NCBI GenBank assembly: GCA_043808365.1
Contig: JAZDEZ010000016.1
Coordinates: forward strand, 1-53,146
Source of the DNA: Patescibacteria group bacterium
Lineage (GTDB): Bacteria > Patescibacteriota > Patescibacteriia > UBA10025 > JAHIVO01
DNA length: 53,146 bases
Reading direction: 5' to 3'
The position numbers and the translations under genes were made by a program. The notes under the pieces were generated by a model. The model was not told where the DNA came from. It did not search any database and was given only the letters and a program-made list of their open reading frames with translations. Positions 1-8,430 of the stretch are shown in pieces (the first letter of the stretch is position 1; every line of letters starts with the position of its first letter).

Positions 1-207
1 GAAGAACGCCTGGACAAAATCATCCACGTCGGGCTTAGAGGTAAATACTTAAATTACAAATTACTGCCCCAACGGCCAGCCAGGCATATGTCCATTAAAA
101 TGCCCTGGGTTCTGGCGGCCTCGAAAGCCCATATCCCGCCCTCTAATCATCCCTGGCGCCAAGCTGCTCGTGCAGCCGTCCTGGCTAAACAAAACGCCCA
201 GGTATGA
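1..207 (+). CDS. 3' end of a transposase, probably ISNCY-type (truncated by window edge)
   Basis: Frame 1 is open from base 1: EERLDKIIHVGLRGKYLNYKLLPQRP...HIPPSNHPWRQ..., TGA at 205-207. The C-terminal 'P..HPWR' motif resembles ISNCY transposases, and an IS-end-like repeat follows directly. Confidence 0.7.
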   Translation, partial: EERLDKIIHVGLRGKYLNYKLLPQRPARHMSIKMPWVLAASKAHIPPSNHPWRQAARAAVLAKQNAQV

Positions 208-253
208 CATTTTAACTTCCCTGAAAAGGGGACATTTTAACTTCCCGTTGACA
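206..253. mobile_element. IS right end: two 16-bp direct repeats ending in TTGACA
   Basis: GACATTTTAACTTCCC at 206-221 and 231-246; terminal TGACA ends at 253 (5'-TGTCA on the other strand). Confidence 0.7.
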
Positions 254-393
254 CATTATCTAACGGGATTGACATGGCAATACAATCATGATACTGTCTA
301 CAATCCCCATGCAGAAACCCTTTATTTAACGTATATTCTGTGATAGAATAGGTATTACCAGTTCAATATAATCTGCCTGGACATGGTTCCTGT

Positions 394-466
394 CGGGGAT
401 TGGCCTAATTGGTAAGGCGCACGCTTCGGGTGCGTGAGATTCCGGGTTCAAGTCCCGGATCCCCGA
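394..466 (+). tRNA. tRNA-Pro(CGG)
   Basis: Acceptor stem CGGGGAT/ATCCCCG, anticodon arm CACGC-TT CGG GT-GCGTG, T-arm CCGGG TTCAAGT CCCGG; CCA not encoded. Confidence 0.95.
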
Positions 467-502
467 CAAAGATCGAGTCCTATTATTTAACAATTATTTC
501 CA

Positions 503-800
503 GGGTTTCCGCCAGAGGCGGACCACGTTGAATGACGTGGCGAGTCCCACCACCCCGATTCTACCTTCAAAATCTATTCCGGGTTTGCCGCTCCACTATT
601 ATTCTCAAATGAAAGCGGCATCCCGCCTTCATGGCGGGACAAGTCCCACATCCCCGATTTAAAAATCAAATTTCTAAAGTGGGACTCGAAGGACGCGAAC
701 AGGTGAGCGTCCAGGCCGAGTGAAACGAGGGAGTCCCGGCCTGCCCTGAGCGAAGCCACCGAGTGAAATCGAGGTGGCGAAGCCGAAGGGATCCCCGACA
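503..800 (+). pseudogene. Three relic tRNA-Pro-like 3' ends interrupted by palindromic inserts
   Basis: GGGTT[508-540]CGAGTCCCACCACCCCGA; CAAGTCCCACATCCCCGA (640-657); GAGTCCCGG[740-790]ATCCCCGACA. The intact 3' end is AAGTCCCGGATCCCCGACA. Confidence 0.7.
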
Positions 801-1036
801 GAGAGCGTACCCTGTCGGCAGAACAATTATCGGCATGCAAGTGCGGAGCAGCATGCAGTTGCTCCCCAGATGCTTTCCGACCATCATAAAACCAAAAATC
901 TAAAACTGGGAAAGGAGTACTATTGTACCTTCTTAAACATCCTCACAGCCCTCCATCGCTCAAATAGGTTATCTGAAGACATTACGATATATTCTTCAAT
1001 TAACTAAACCTATTTTTTAGGAGCAGTGGAAAGATA

Positions 1037-1252
1037 ATGATTGATACACTCAGAAAACCTTTAGGTGCATTACTGACCAAAAAGGGCGACGGGGGCGTTG
1101 GAGAAACAAAAGTCATAGTTTTTCCAGACGGCGGAACGCCGATAAAAGCGACCTTGATCGGGCGCAACCACGAAAAAATGTTTTTAAGAGTGCCCGGGCA
1201 AGACAATATTGTTTCCATGTTGCCAGGCGTACCAGCCGAGCTAGCTCGATAA
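1037..1252 (+). CDS. Small hypothetical protein (71 aa)
   Basis: AGGAG upstream, hairpin in the leader (~962-1015), own terminator at 1272-1306. Confidence 0.5.
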   Translation: MIDTLRKPLGALLTKKGDGGVGETKVIVFPDGGTPIKATLIGRNHEKMFLRVPGQDNIVSMLPGVPAELAR

Positions 1253-1271
1253 CGAAGTACAAAAAAATAAA

Positions 1272-1306
1272 GCCGCCTCAAGCATAATACTCGAGGCGGT
1301 ATTTTT
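1272..1306 (+). terminator. Intrinsic terminator
   Basis: GCCGCCTC...GAGGCGGT stem followed by ATTTTT. Confidence 0.6.
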
Positions 1307-1367
1307 ATTAAAAAAAGACCCAGGGTAATTGACTCCCTGGGTATCAGACAAAAAAGCAATTTCTTGA

Positions 1368-2726
1368 CTACGCTTCCGGTGATATGTTTGACGGAAGCGC
1401 TTCACTCACATCAAGACCGAAGCGCTTAATCAAAATCCGCTGTGCGTTTTCAAGTTTACTGGCAAAATCGAAACATTCGTCCAGTTGGCCAGCGCTGACC
1501 ATTTCACTCAGCGGTTTGCCAGATGGTTCAAAAACAGCCGCCCACAGCACGTCACGGAACGGAGTCTTGGTATCCATCGCCACAAAAGCGCAGCCCTGCA
1601 CGAACTTATACACGTCGTCGTTGGCAAAACCCAGCTTGCCGATCATGGATTTGACGTTTTCTGAGGCCCAGCAGCCTAACGTACGGCCGATATTCTCGGC
1701 CATGCGCTTGGTATTGACCTCAAGGTTTTCCACGACCCAGGTCATCTTATCGAGCATATAATCGAGCAGGATAGTGGCATCCGGCAAGCAGATCCGCTCC
1801 ACGCTGGAATGGCAGATGTCACGCTCGTCCCACGTGCGGATGAGCTCCTGCCCCATCACGGCATAGCCGCGGAGAGCGATCGCCATGCCACACAGCCGCT
1901 CCAGTAAAATCGTGTTACGTTTATGCGGCATTGCCGACGACCCTTTTTGGCCGGGCTTGCGCGGTTCACGGTATTCGCCGCACGCCGTCATGGCATGAAG
2001 CCGCATGTCAGTGGCAAACTTTTCGAGCATTCCGCCGATCGTACTGATAACCGACATGAAATTCGCTATGTTGTCACGCAACGTGATCTGGCCGTTCGCC
2101 TGCCTGGTTTCCAGGCCGAGAATCGACACGACTTCAGTTTCCAGATCAGGAGATATGTTCAGCCAGTTCCCCATGGCACCGGAGAATTTGACCCGCCGGA
2201 CGCGCTTCACCGCATTTTGGAGAAGCTCTCGGGCCGAGATGACGGCGTCAAGGAAAACGCAGTACGTGTGGACGAGGACATCCGGTTCGCCGTCCTGCCC
2301 ATGGGTCAAGGCCATTTTGTATATCAGATAGTACTGACCGGCTTTGCGGCGCAGGATCGATTCAAGACCTTCCAAATCTTTATCAAGCAACGCGCCGACA
2401 TCCTTGAGAATCAGTCCGAGGGCTGGCTCTTCGGTATCGTAGGAAGTCATGTCCTCATGGAGGAAATGCTGATACGACGGCTCGATCTGGGCAGTGACGG
2501 ACATCAGGAAAGCCAGCAAGTCGTGTTCGATCTCCTTGTCAATTCGATTAATTTCATCCGCGTCGATTGTGATGTCCTCCTGAAACCGGTCAATCACATC
2601 AGGTTTGTAAAAGCCCAAATTAACTTTCGCCATGATAGCAGCTCGTTCAACGGTATACCATCGCCTGAATTTTGCCTCGTCTGTCCACAGGCAAGCTATG
2701 ACATCACGTGAATAACGTTTCAACAT
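1368..2726 (-). CDS. purB: Adenylosuccinate lyase
   Basis: Fumarate-lyase signature GSSAMPHKRN, plus THGQ, ERDICHSSVER and N-terminal RYSR; AAGGAG SD. Confidence 0.93.
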   Translation of the reverse strand: MLKRYSRDVIACLWTDEAKFRRWYTVERAAIMAKVNLGFYKPDVIDRFQEDITIDADEINRIDKEIEHDLLAFLMSVTAQIEPSYQHFLHEDMTSYDTEEPALGLILKDVGALLDKDLEGLESILRRKAGQYYLIYKMALTHGQDGEPDVLVHTYCVFLDAVISARELLQNAVKRVRRVKFSGAMGNWLNISPDLETEVVSILGLETRQANGQITLRDNIANFMSVISTIGGMLEKFATDMRLHAMTACGEYREPRKPGQKGSSAMPHKRNTILLERLCGMAIALRGYAVMGQELIRTWDERDICHSSVERICLPDATILLDYMLDKMTWVVENLEVNTKRMAENIGRTLGCWASENVKSMIGKLGFANDDVYKFVQGCAFVAMDTKTPFRDVLWAAVFEPSGKPLSEMVSAGQLDECFDFASKLENAQRILIKRFGLDVSEALPSNISPEA

Positions 2727-2823
2727 GTTTCTACTCCTTCTAATCTAAATTATGTTTCAAGGTTCTATTTACAAATTACACCACTTTATCATACAAAATC
2801 CACCTATGTCAACAATAAAAAAA

Positions 2824-2851
2824 GACCTCCGAGGCATATGCCAGGGAGGTC
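2824..2851 (-). terminator. Intrinsic terminator after guaB and the purA remnant
   Basis: GACCTCC/GGAGGTC stem with a T-run on the minus strand. Confidence 0.6.
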
Positions 2852-2876
2852 AAATAAAACGAGACAATGTACGATG

Positions 2877-3016
2877 TTATAGATCCAGACGGAAAATCTT
2901 TCCGTCCGTCTCGGCTGAGGTAGAGAGACTTACGCGTATCCCAGCAGACGTGATCTGGCAGAATTCGTCCCCAATTGGCAGCCGACGACTATCTGATTCT
3001 TGCTATTACTGGCCAT
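2877..3016 (-). pseudogene. Internally deleted adenylosuccinate synthetase (purA) remnant
   Basis: ATG follows GAGGT. Reads MASNSKNQIVVGCQ, then after a 1-nt shift GDE (cf. PurA VVGxQWGDEGKG), fused to ...SLSTSAETDGKIFRLDL*. Lies between guaB and purB. Confidence 0.55.
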
Positions 3017-3019
3017 CGT

Positions 3020-4522
3020 TTACCTCACACTCGGATAGTTGGGGGCTTCGTCCGTTATCTCGACATTGTGAACGTGGCTTTCGGCGACGCCCGCTTGCGT
3101 GACCAAAACGAATTTTTTTTCCCACAGAGATTGAATATCAGGAGCGCCTACCCGTCCCATACCAGAGCGTAAACCGCCGATTAATTGAAATATCACATCT
3201 GCTGTCGGGCCTTTGTAGGGCACTTTTCCGGCTATGCCTTCGGGCACCAGAGTGGATGGACCAGCATTTTTATCCTGGAAATACAGTTCTGCTGACCCAT
3301 CTACCATAGCCTGAATCGACCCCATGCCGCGATATATCTTCCAATACTGGCCTTTATAAAGCTTAGTTTCACCGGGGCTCTCCAGTGTGCCAGCTAAAAG
3401 GGAACCCACCATGACAGTATCAGCGCCGGCGGTCAAAGCCCTGACAATATCTCCGGAATAACGGATGCCGCCATCGGCAATTACTGTTATCCCGTGCTTT
3501 CTCGCTTCAAAGGCAGCCTCGGCAACCGCAGTTATCTGGGGCATACCGCAACCTGTAATAACGCGCGTCGTGCAAATCGAACCTGGACCAACGCCCACTT
3601 TTACCGCGTCAACGCCGGCCTCGATTAAAGCTCGGGCGCCTTCGGCTGTGGCAATATTGCCGCCGATCATTGGAATGTCTGGCCAAGCCTTCTTAATTTT
3701 TTCTATCGATACTAGGACGCCCTCGGAATGGCCGTGCGAAGAATCAAAACATAAAATATCCGCTCCAGCCTCGATAAGCAGCTCAACTCGGTGCATCAAA
3801 TCATCACCCACGCCAATGGCCGCGCCGACTAATAATCGCTTATTTTCATCAACAGCGGCACCGGGGTATTCAATTTTTTTGGTGATATCCTTGATGGTGT
3901 ACAAACCGGCTAAATTACCGTCTTGATCAACTAGCGGCAACCTTTTTACCCGCTCGTCTCTCATTTTCTGAAGCGCTTCGTCCATTGTCATGTCGGGTAT
4001 TCCGCAAACCAGCTTGCTCACCGGTTTCATGAAATCCCCGACAAGCTTGTCTTTTTCTTCCATCCACATTTCACAGTCGCTCTTGGTTACCAAACCAACC
4101 AGTTTCCTGCCCTCGACTATTGGCACGCTGGAAAATTTATATATTCCCATCAGTTCTTGCGCCTGGACAAGTGTATGATCCGGCCCTAGAGTCAGCGGAT
4201 TGGTAATTTTACCGCTTTGCGAACGCTTGACCAGAGAAACTTCCTTGGCCTGACGATCGGGCATCAAATTTTTATGGATTATTCCTATACCGCCTTGCCG
4301 AGCCAAGGCGATGGCCAGTTGGTGTTCAGTTACCGTATCCATTGCCGCGGAAATAATCGGAATTTTCAAACCAATCCCGGCTGTCAGTCTGGCCGTCAGG
4401 GTCACATCCTTTGGTAAAATTTTACTCTTAGCCGGCACTACCAATACATCGTCAAAAGTGAGCGCCGGTTCAGCATACCTAAAGCGCCGCATAAACTGTT
4501 CAATAAAGTCAGTTTTTTCCAT
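3020..4522 (-). CDS. guaB: IMP dehydrogenase with CBS pair
   Basis: [26 protein letters not shown] (catalytic Cys), IADGG, YRGMGS, PEG motifs. Confidence 0.97.
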   Translation of the reverse strand: MEKTDFIEQFMRRFRYAEPALTFDDVLVVPAKSKILPKDVTLTARLTAGIGLKIPIISAAMDTVTEHQLAIALARQGGIGIIHKNLMPDRQAKEVSLVKRSQSGKITNPLTLGPDHTLVQAQELMGIYKFSSVPIVEGRKLVGLVTKSDCEMWMEEKDKLVGDFMKPVSKLVCGIPDMTMDEALQKMRDERVKRLPLVDQDGNLAGLYTIKDITKKIEYPGAAVDENKRLLVGAAIGVGDDLMHRVELLIEAGADILCFDSSHGHSEGVLVSIEKIKKAWPDIPMIGGNIATAEGARALIEAGVDAVKVGVGPGSICTTRVITGCGMPQITAVAEAAFEARKHGITVIADGGIRYSGDIVRALTAGADTVMVGSLLAGTLESPGETKLYKGQYWKIYRGMGSIQAMVDGSAELYFQDKNAGPSTLVPEGIAGKVPYKGPTADVIFQLIGGLRSGMGRVGAPDIQSLWEKKFVLVTQAGVAESHVHNVEITDEAPNYPSVR

Positions 4523-4655
4523 GACTTTCTCCTTTGTTTTTAAGTTTTCAAGTTAACTGTTTTTATTTCTATATTCCATACACCTTACACCATTTATATC
4601 AGCAAAGTCAACCCCAGTTTGGCAACAGGGGGCGTACGGGCAGAACCAATGAATA

Positions 4656-5639
4656 TTACTGGGAGTGATACGGGATGTCGATGATATGCTGCTTGGTCCA
4701 ACGGTCGATCGGCTTGGCCAGGCTGACTTTCACGTATTTCGGCGCCAGGATGAAATCCTGGTATCCGCTTTCCTCGCTTGTCCCGCCATTGGAAAAAATC
4801 GTCACCAGCTTATTGCCGAACAAGAATTTATAACCGGCGGATACATACTCATGCGAACGGACCAAGACGGATCCGCCGATCGCCTCCATGAATTGGTCAA
4901 AGACCTGGCGTCCAAATAAATAATGGCTGCCACGCTGGTAATTGAACACGAAATTGTCAATATCCTCGCTCGGGTCATTCCACCGCATTTCTTCAGACGC
5001 TTCATCATCATTCAACTCACGTAATGAATTTACGGCAACCACCGGCAGCCCGCCATGGACCGCCACGATGCCATTGCCGGTAACGGCCAGGCTCGGCCAC
5101 CTCTCAAAAAGTCCGTTCAGCTGTTCAAAAATTTCCTGACCGCGGTCATAATCGAAAAATTTTAAACAGGATCCCAGGAGACCGAAATACTGGTTCATCT
5201 GCATTTCCTCATGGTTGCCGCGCAGGAGAAAAACATTATTCGGATGCTGTTTCTTCAGGCTGAGTAATAGTGAAATATTCTTAATATCCCCCTTGCCACG
5301 ATCCGACACGTCGCCAAGCACGACCAGAAATAACGGCTCTCCGGCCGTGACCCGTTCGACAAATCCCTCGGCCCGCACGACAGAAGATACCGCGAGAGAA
5401 TCCCCATGGGTATCGCCGACGAAAATCGCTTCTCCTTGAGACGGTAAAAAGACAATCGGCCAATCGGTAAATGGCCCGGACGCATGTATATCGCGGACCG
5501 TTGCCCCGAGCTTGCCCTGGCCGGCTTTTTGTTCTGCTATCATCTTGCGGGTTACGGCATCAATCAATCGGGACAGCGTCGACGCCGCCTCCTTTCCCGC
5601 TAATCCGATTTTTCCCTCTGTCTTCTCTTTGAGTGTCAT
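4656..5639 (-). CDS. PPP-family Ser/Thr protein phosphatase (metallophosphoesterase)
   Basis: GDTHG, LGDVSDRG, LRGNHE, VHGG, WNDP, RSHE and TIFS motifs; ATGA overlap with the upstream kinase. Confidence 0.88.
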   Translation of the reverse strand: MTLKEKTEGKIGLAGKEAASTLSRLIDAVTRKMIAEQKAGQGKLGATVRDIHASGPFTDWPIVFLPSQGEAIFVGDTHGDSLAVSSVVRAEGFVERVTAGEPLFLVVLGDVSDRGKGDIKNISLLLSLKKQHPNNVFLLRGNHEEMQMNQYFGLLGSCLKFFDYDRGQEIFEQLNGLFERWPSLAVTGNGIVAVHGGLPVVAVNSLRELNDDEASEEMRWNDPSEDIDNFVFNYQRGSHYLFGRQVFDQFMEAIGGSVLVRSHEYVSAGYKFLFGNKLVTIFSNGGTSEESGYQDFILAPKYVKVSLAKPIDRWTKQHIIDIPYHSQ

Positions 5640-6526
5640 GGGACAATGATCTTTAATTGTTTTGGTAAAATTCGTATTGAGTGTTTTTTTCCCGGCGGCA
5701 GTATTTCCCCATCCACATGCGCGGACAGTCCGCAGTCAGACTCTATCTCCACCTTGCAACCGGTGTACATATGCACTTCCGGCATGCTCAAATGCGTCCC
5801 TTTTAAAAACTTAGGCAGATTACGCAGCGCGTACCAACGGCCGGTCTTCTCGACCAGGCAAACGTCAAATTGCCCATCGTCAATCTTTGCCATCGGCGTG
5901 ACACGGAATCCGCCGCCGTAGCTCGTACCATTGCAGGTAGCCACTAAAAATAATGGGCCATTATATATTTCCCGTCCGTCAATAGTCACGCGCGCCTGCT
6001 GGAAACGGTATGTGACTAATGTCCTGAGTACGGCGATTAAATAAGCCCAAAATCCTCCGAAAAATTTCAAATACTGCCTGACCCGGCCGGCCGCTTCGCC
6101 GTCAAACCCGATACCGATGCCATTTATAAAATAGCGATTACCGTCTACTTGCCCCAGGTCAATAGTCTTGAGAGTAGCCGACTTAAGTATTTCCAGACCC
6201 TTCTTTGCGTTTTTTGACAAGCCAATGGTGAGGGCAAAATCATTGCCAGACCCCGCAGGGAGAATGCCTAAAATCGCGCGTGAACCGATGATGCCAGTTA
6301 CCACTTCATTGACCGTGCCATCGCCGCCGACGGCCACAATCACTTCATACTTTCCGGCAGCCTGGCGAGACAGCGTAACCGCCTCACCCGGACCGTTTGT
6401 GATGACTGTTTCAAATGTCCAACCCTGTGCGCGGCAAAAAGACTGAATCTGGCCGATAGCATGCATCTGCTTGCCATTGCCGGCAATGGGGTTGAGGATG
6501 AAGTAATACTTGGCATACCTTGTCAT
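5636..6526 (-). CDS. YegS/diacylglycerol kinase family lipid kinase
   Basis: NPIAG, GGDGTVNEV, PAGSGNDFA, YGGG, DDG and VDGE motifs. Confidence 0.92.
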   Translation of the reverse strand: MTRYAKYYFILNPIAGNGKQMHAIGQIQSFCRAQGWTFETVITNGPGEAVTLSRQAAGKYEVIVAVGGDGTVNEVVTGIIGSRAILGILPAGSGNDFALTIGLSKNAKKGLEILKSATLKTIDLGQVDGNRYFINGIGIGFDGEAAGRVRQYLKFFGGFWAYLIAVLRTLVTYRFQQARVTIDGREIYNGPLFLVATCNGTSYGGGFRVTPMAKIDDGQFDVCLVEKTGRWYALRNLPKFLKGTHLSMPEVHMYTGCKVEIESDCGLSAHVDGEILPPGKKHSIRILPKQLKIIVP

Positions 6527-6587
6527 AGACTAAGTATAGGCCAAATCAAACAGGTTGATAAGAAATAAAAGCATCTTTTATAAATGG

Positions 6588-6740
6588 CTAATTTCTTCAG
6601 CCAGAGGCTGATCCGCCTATGGCGGAAATTGCTAATTCCTAATTTCTAATGAATATCTCATTCCCGAATGTCCAATTGACCATTGAATCATTGGTTATTG
6701 ATACGTTATTTGTAATTTTGGATTTGATATTTTGGATTTG
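6588..6740. repeat. 7-nt-periodic AT-rich palindromic element with an embedded CAGCCAGAGGCTGA/TCCGCC..GGCGGA doublet
   Basis: AATTTCT/AATTCCT-type units, then ATTG..-type inverse units; homologous to 23086, 32924, 33508 and 51616. Confidence 0.7.
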
Positions 6741-6779
6741 TTTCGTGCTTCGAAATACGGATGTCGGATCAGGGGTTGT

Positions 6780-6945
6780 ATCGTATCCGGCATATATAAT
6801 GCCCTAGCACGCTATACCAAGTAGCTTCATTTTTGAGTACGTATACTTCGCACTATCCCAGATCGTAATCTGAAGATATTCTGGAATGTATAAATACTGG
6901 ATTCGGTAGTCCCGACGATACGTCGGGACGTATTCACCTACTACC
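6780..6945 (-). ncRNA. Candidate structured non-coding RNA (unknown family)
   Basis: Extended -10 TGaTAAAAT (6952-6960) lies 7 nt upstream; 5' GGTAG/CTACC hairpin; long closing stem; two internal stems capped by UACG loops. Confidence 0.4.
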
Positions 6946-6971
6946 ATTCTTATTTTATCAGAAAAAAATAA

Positions 6972-7016
6972 ACCCTGCATCCATCATTCGCATGTTGCGA
7001 AGACGAGGTGCAGGGT
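6972..7016 (-). terminator. Long hairpin/terminator downstream of the putative DGR target
   Basis: ACCCTGCA...TGCAGGGT with inner TTCGCA/TGCGAA, followed by TTATTTTTTT on the minus strand. Confidence 0.7.
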
Positions 7017-7119
7017 CATACGTTTGTCCAAGGACTAAAGCCGCGCCTGCTTCGCCCATGCAAAGCATGGCGGGCGGGCCAAGGGTCTAAGAAGACTAAA
7101 GGTTAGAAGCCCAAAGGAC

Positions 7120-7773
7120 TTATTTGCTACTTGCGAAGCGAACCGCAGGATCGTTGTCATGCCAGTCGTTGCCGAGCCAGCCCCAGCCCAGCACCACCTC
7201 GCCGTCGCTCACATACAGATACGGGACGAGGAGGCCGCCATCATTGCGGTTCAGCACGACCGACTTCCAGAAGTAAACGACCTTATTGCCGAATGCTTTC
7301 TTGAAAGCGGCGACCCCCAGTTTTTGAATGGCCAGGGCATCTTGCAGGTTTCCGCAGGACTCGAGCATGTTGTTCTTCTTGAGATGGTCGTAGATGACTT
7401 TGTCGGTGGTCACACCGCCGTTTTTCTGCTTATCGTGCAGCCACAGCGACACGTCCTTAGCCAAGTCATACTCGGCAAGTCCTGTGCATTCCAGCTCGGG
7501 ATGCATGACCTTGCCCACCCAGTCGGGATAAACAGGTCGGATCAAGCGGTCTACATGGACGACGGTACTGATAGAAGTTTCCTCCTTCGGTCCGGCAAGC
7601 CCCATAATCAGTTTCGTAAATCCGGTTTGGAGTTCCCAGCCACGATGCACGACACGCTGCAACTGCGCTTCATCGAGTCCACAGTCGTCAAGCGCGATCC
7701 CGCATGTTTGCCGAATGATCTCACGACCTTTCCGGCTCTCGGATGCGATCAATGTTTTTAACATCGCCATCAT
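7120..7773 (-). CDS. Putative diversity-generating retroelement (DGR) target protein with C-terminal variable region
   Basis: C-terminus NRNDGGLLVPYLYVSDGEVVLGWGWLGNDWHDNDPAVRFAS: fixed hydrophobic scaffold alternating with NNC/NNT codons, as expected from mutated AAC/AAT template codons; AAGGAGG SD. Confidence 0.65.
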   Translation of the reverse strand: MMAMLKTLIASESRKGREIIRQTCGIALDDCGLDEAQLQRVVHRGWELQTGFTKLIMGLAGPKEETSISTVVHVDRLIRPVYPDWVGKVMHPELECTGLAEYDLAKDVSLWLHDKQKNGGVTTDKVIYDHLKKNNMLESCGNLQDALAIQKLGVAAFKKAFGNKVVYFWKSVVLNRNDGGLLVPYLYVSDGEVVLGWGWLGNDWHDNDPAVRFASSK

Positions 7774-7839
7774 CCTCCTTCTTGAATTGAGGTTATTACC
7801 TGACTACCACCCTTCGACTTCGCTCAGGGTAAACTCATG

Positions 7840-7964
7840 ATAGCCCTAGCAAACAAACTCCTACATTTAAGAGCCTATTTGCTAGGGCTATTTTAGATAT
7901 ACGCAAGTAGCTGTTAAGGTACTAAATAACAGGGCATATTAGCATGGGATAGCGGTTTTGTCAA
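7840..7964 (-). promoter_or_regulatory. Sigma70 promoter and 14-bp leader inverted repeat of the 7120-7773 gene
   Basis: TTGACA (7959-7964)-17 nt-TAATAT (7936-7941); perfect IR ATAGCCCTAGCAAA (7840-7853)/TTTGCTAGGGCTAT (7878-7891). Confidence 0.7.
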
Positions 7965-8054
7965 GCCTCCGGGGAGGGCGCCAACCCTAAAAAGACGATA
8001 TTTCATCGTTTCTTTGCCCTCTGCCCGCTTGTGCCTCGCATGGCAGGCGAGTGC

Positions 8055-8394
8055 TGGCTGCGAGACCTGCCCCGCCCTACTTTAATATATTTAATTAATT
8101 GTGGCGGGGGAACCAGGATTAACGGATTCAGCCCGCCCCGCCTGCTTCGCGCATGCGCGATCCTCTTCTATTCTCCGAGGCTTGGAATCGAACCAAGATT
8201 GCATGATTCAGAGTCATGCGTCCTACCGTTAGACGACCTCGGAGAGCAGCAGAGGAATTGGTTGTTTGATATTAGTTATAATTAAGGGCGGCGAAGCGGG
8301 CCGGGGAGTCCGTCGTCCTACCATTCCCGCCCAAAGGGTGGGTCCGCCTCTGGCGGAAGACCTGCCCTGAGCGAAGTCGAAGGGCGATCTCGCA
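8055..8394 (-). pseudogene. Full-length tRNA-Gln(CTG) relic interrupted four times; the intact tRNA lies inside one insert
   Basis: Removing 8070-8109, 8132-8306, 8326-8357 and 8361-8384 gives TGCGAGA TC GTCT AATGGT AGGAC G ACGGA CTCTGAA TCCGT TAAT CCTGG TTC-----CAGG TCTCGCA G CCA. Confidence 0.85.
8173..8243 (-). tRNA. tRNA-Gln(CTG), intact
   Basis: Acceptor TCCGAGG/CCTCGGA, anticodon arm CATGA-CT CTG AA-TCATG, T-arm CTTGG TTCGATT CCAAG. Confidence 0.95.
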
Positions 8395-8430
8395 GCGCTG
8401 TGTTCAATTATCAAATAATATATCCTACAT

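Noticed and set aside
574-1007. ORFs over the tRNA-Pro downstream region, and similar ones at 8031-8625
   Set aside because: They translate palindromic repeats and tRNA relics; there are no coding signals.
6772-6800. GGGGTTGTA as a tmRNA 5' end
   Set aside because: No TTCGAC motif, tag ORF or matching tRNA-like 3' end follows.
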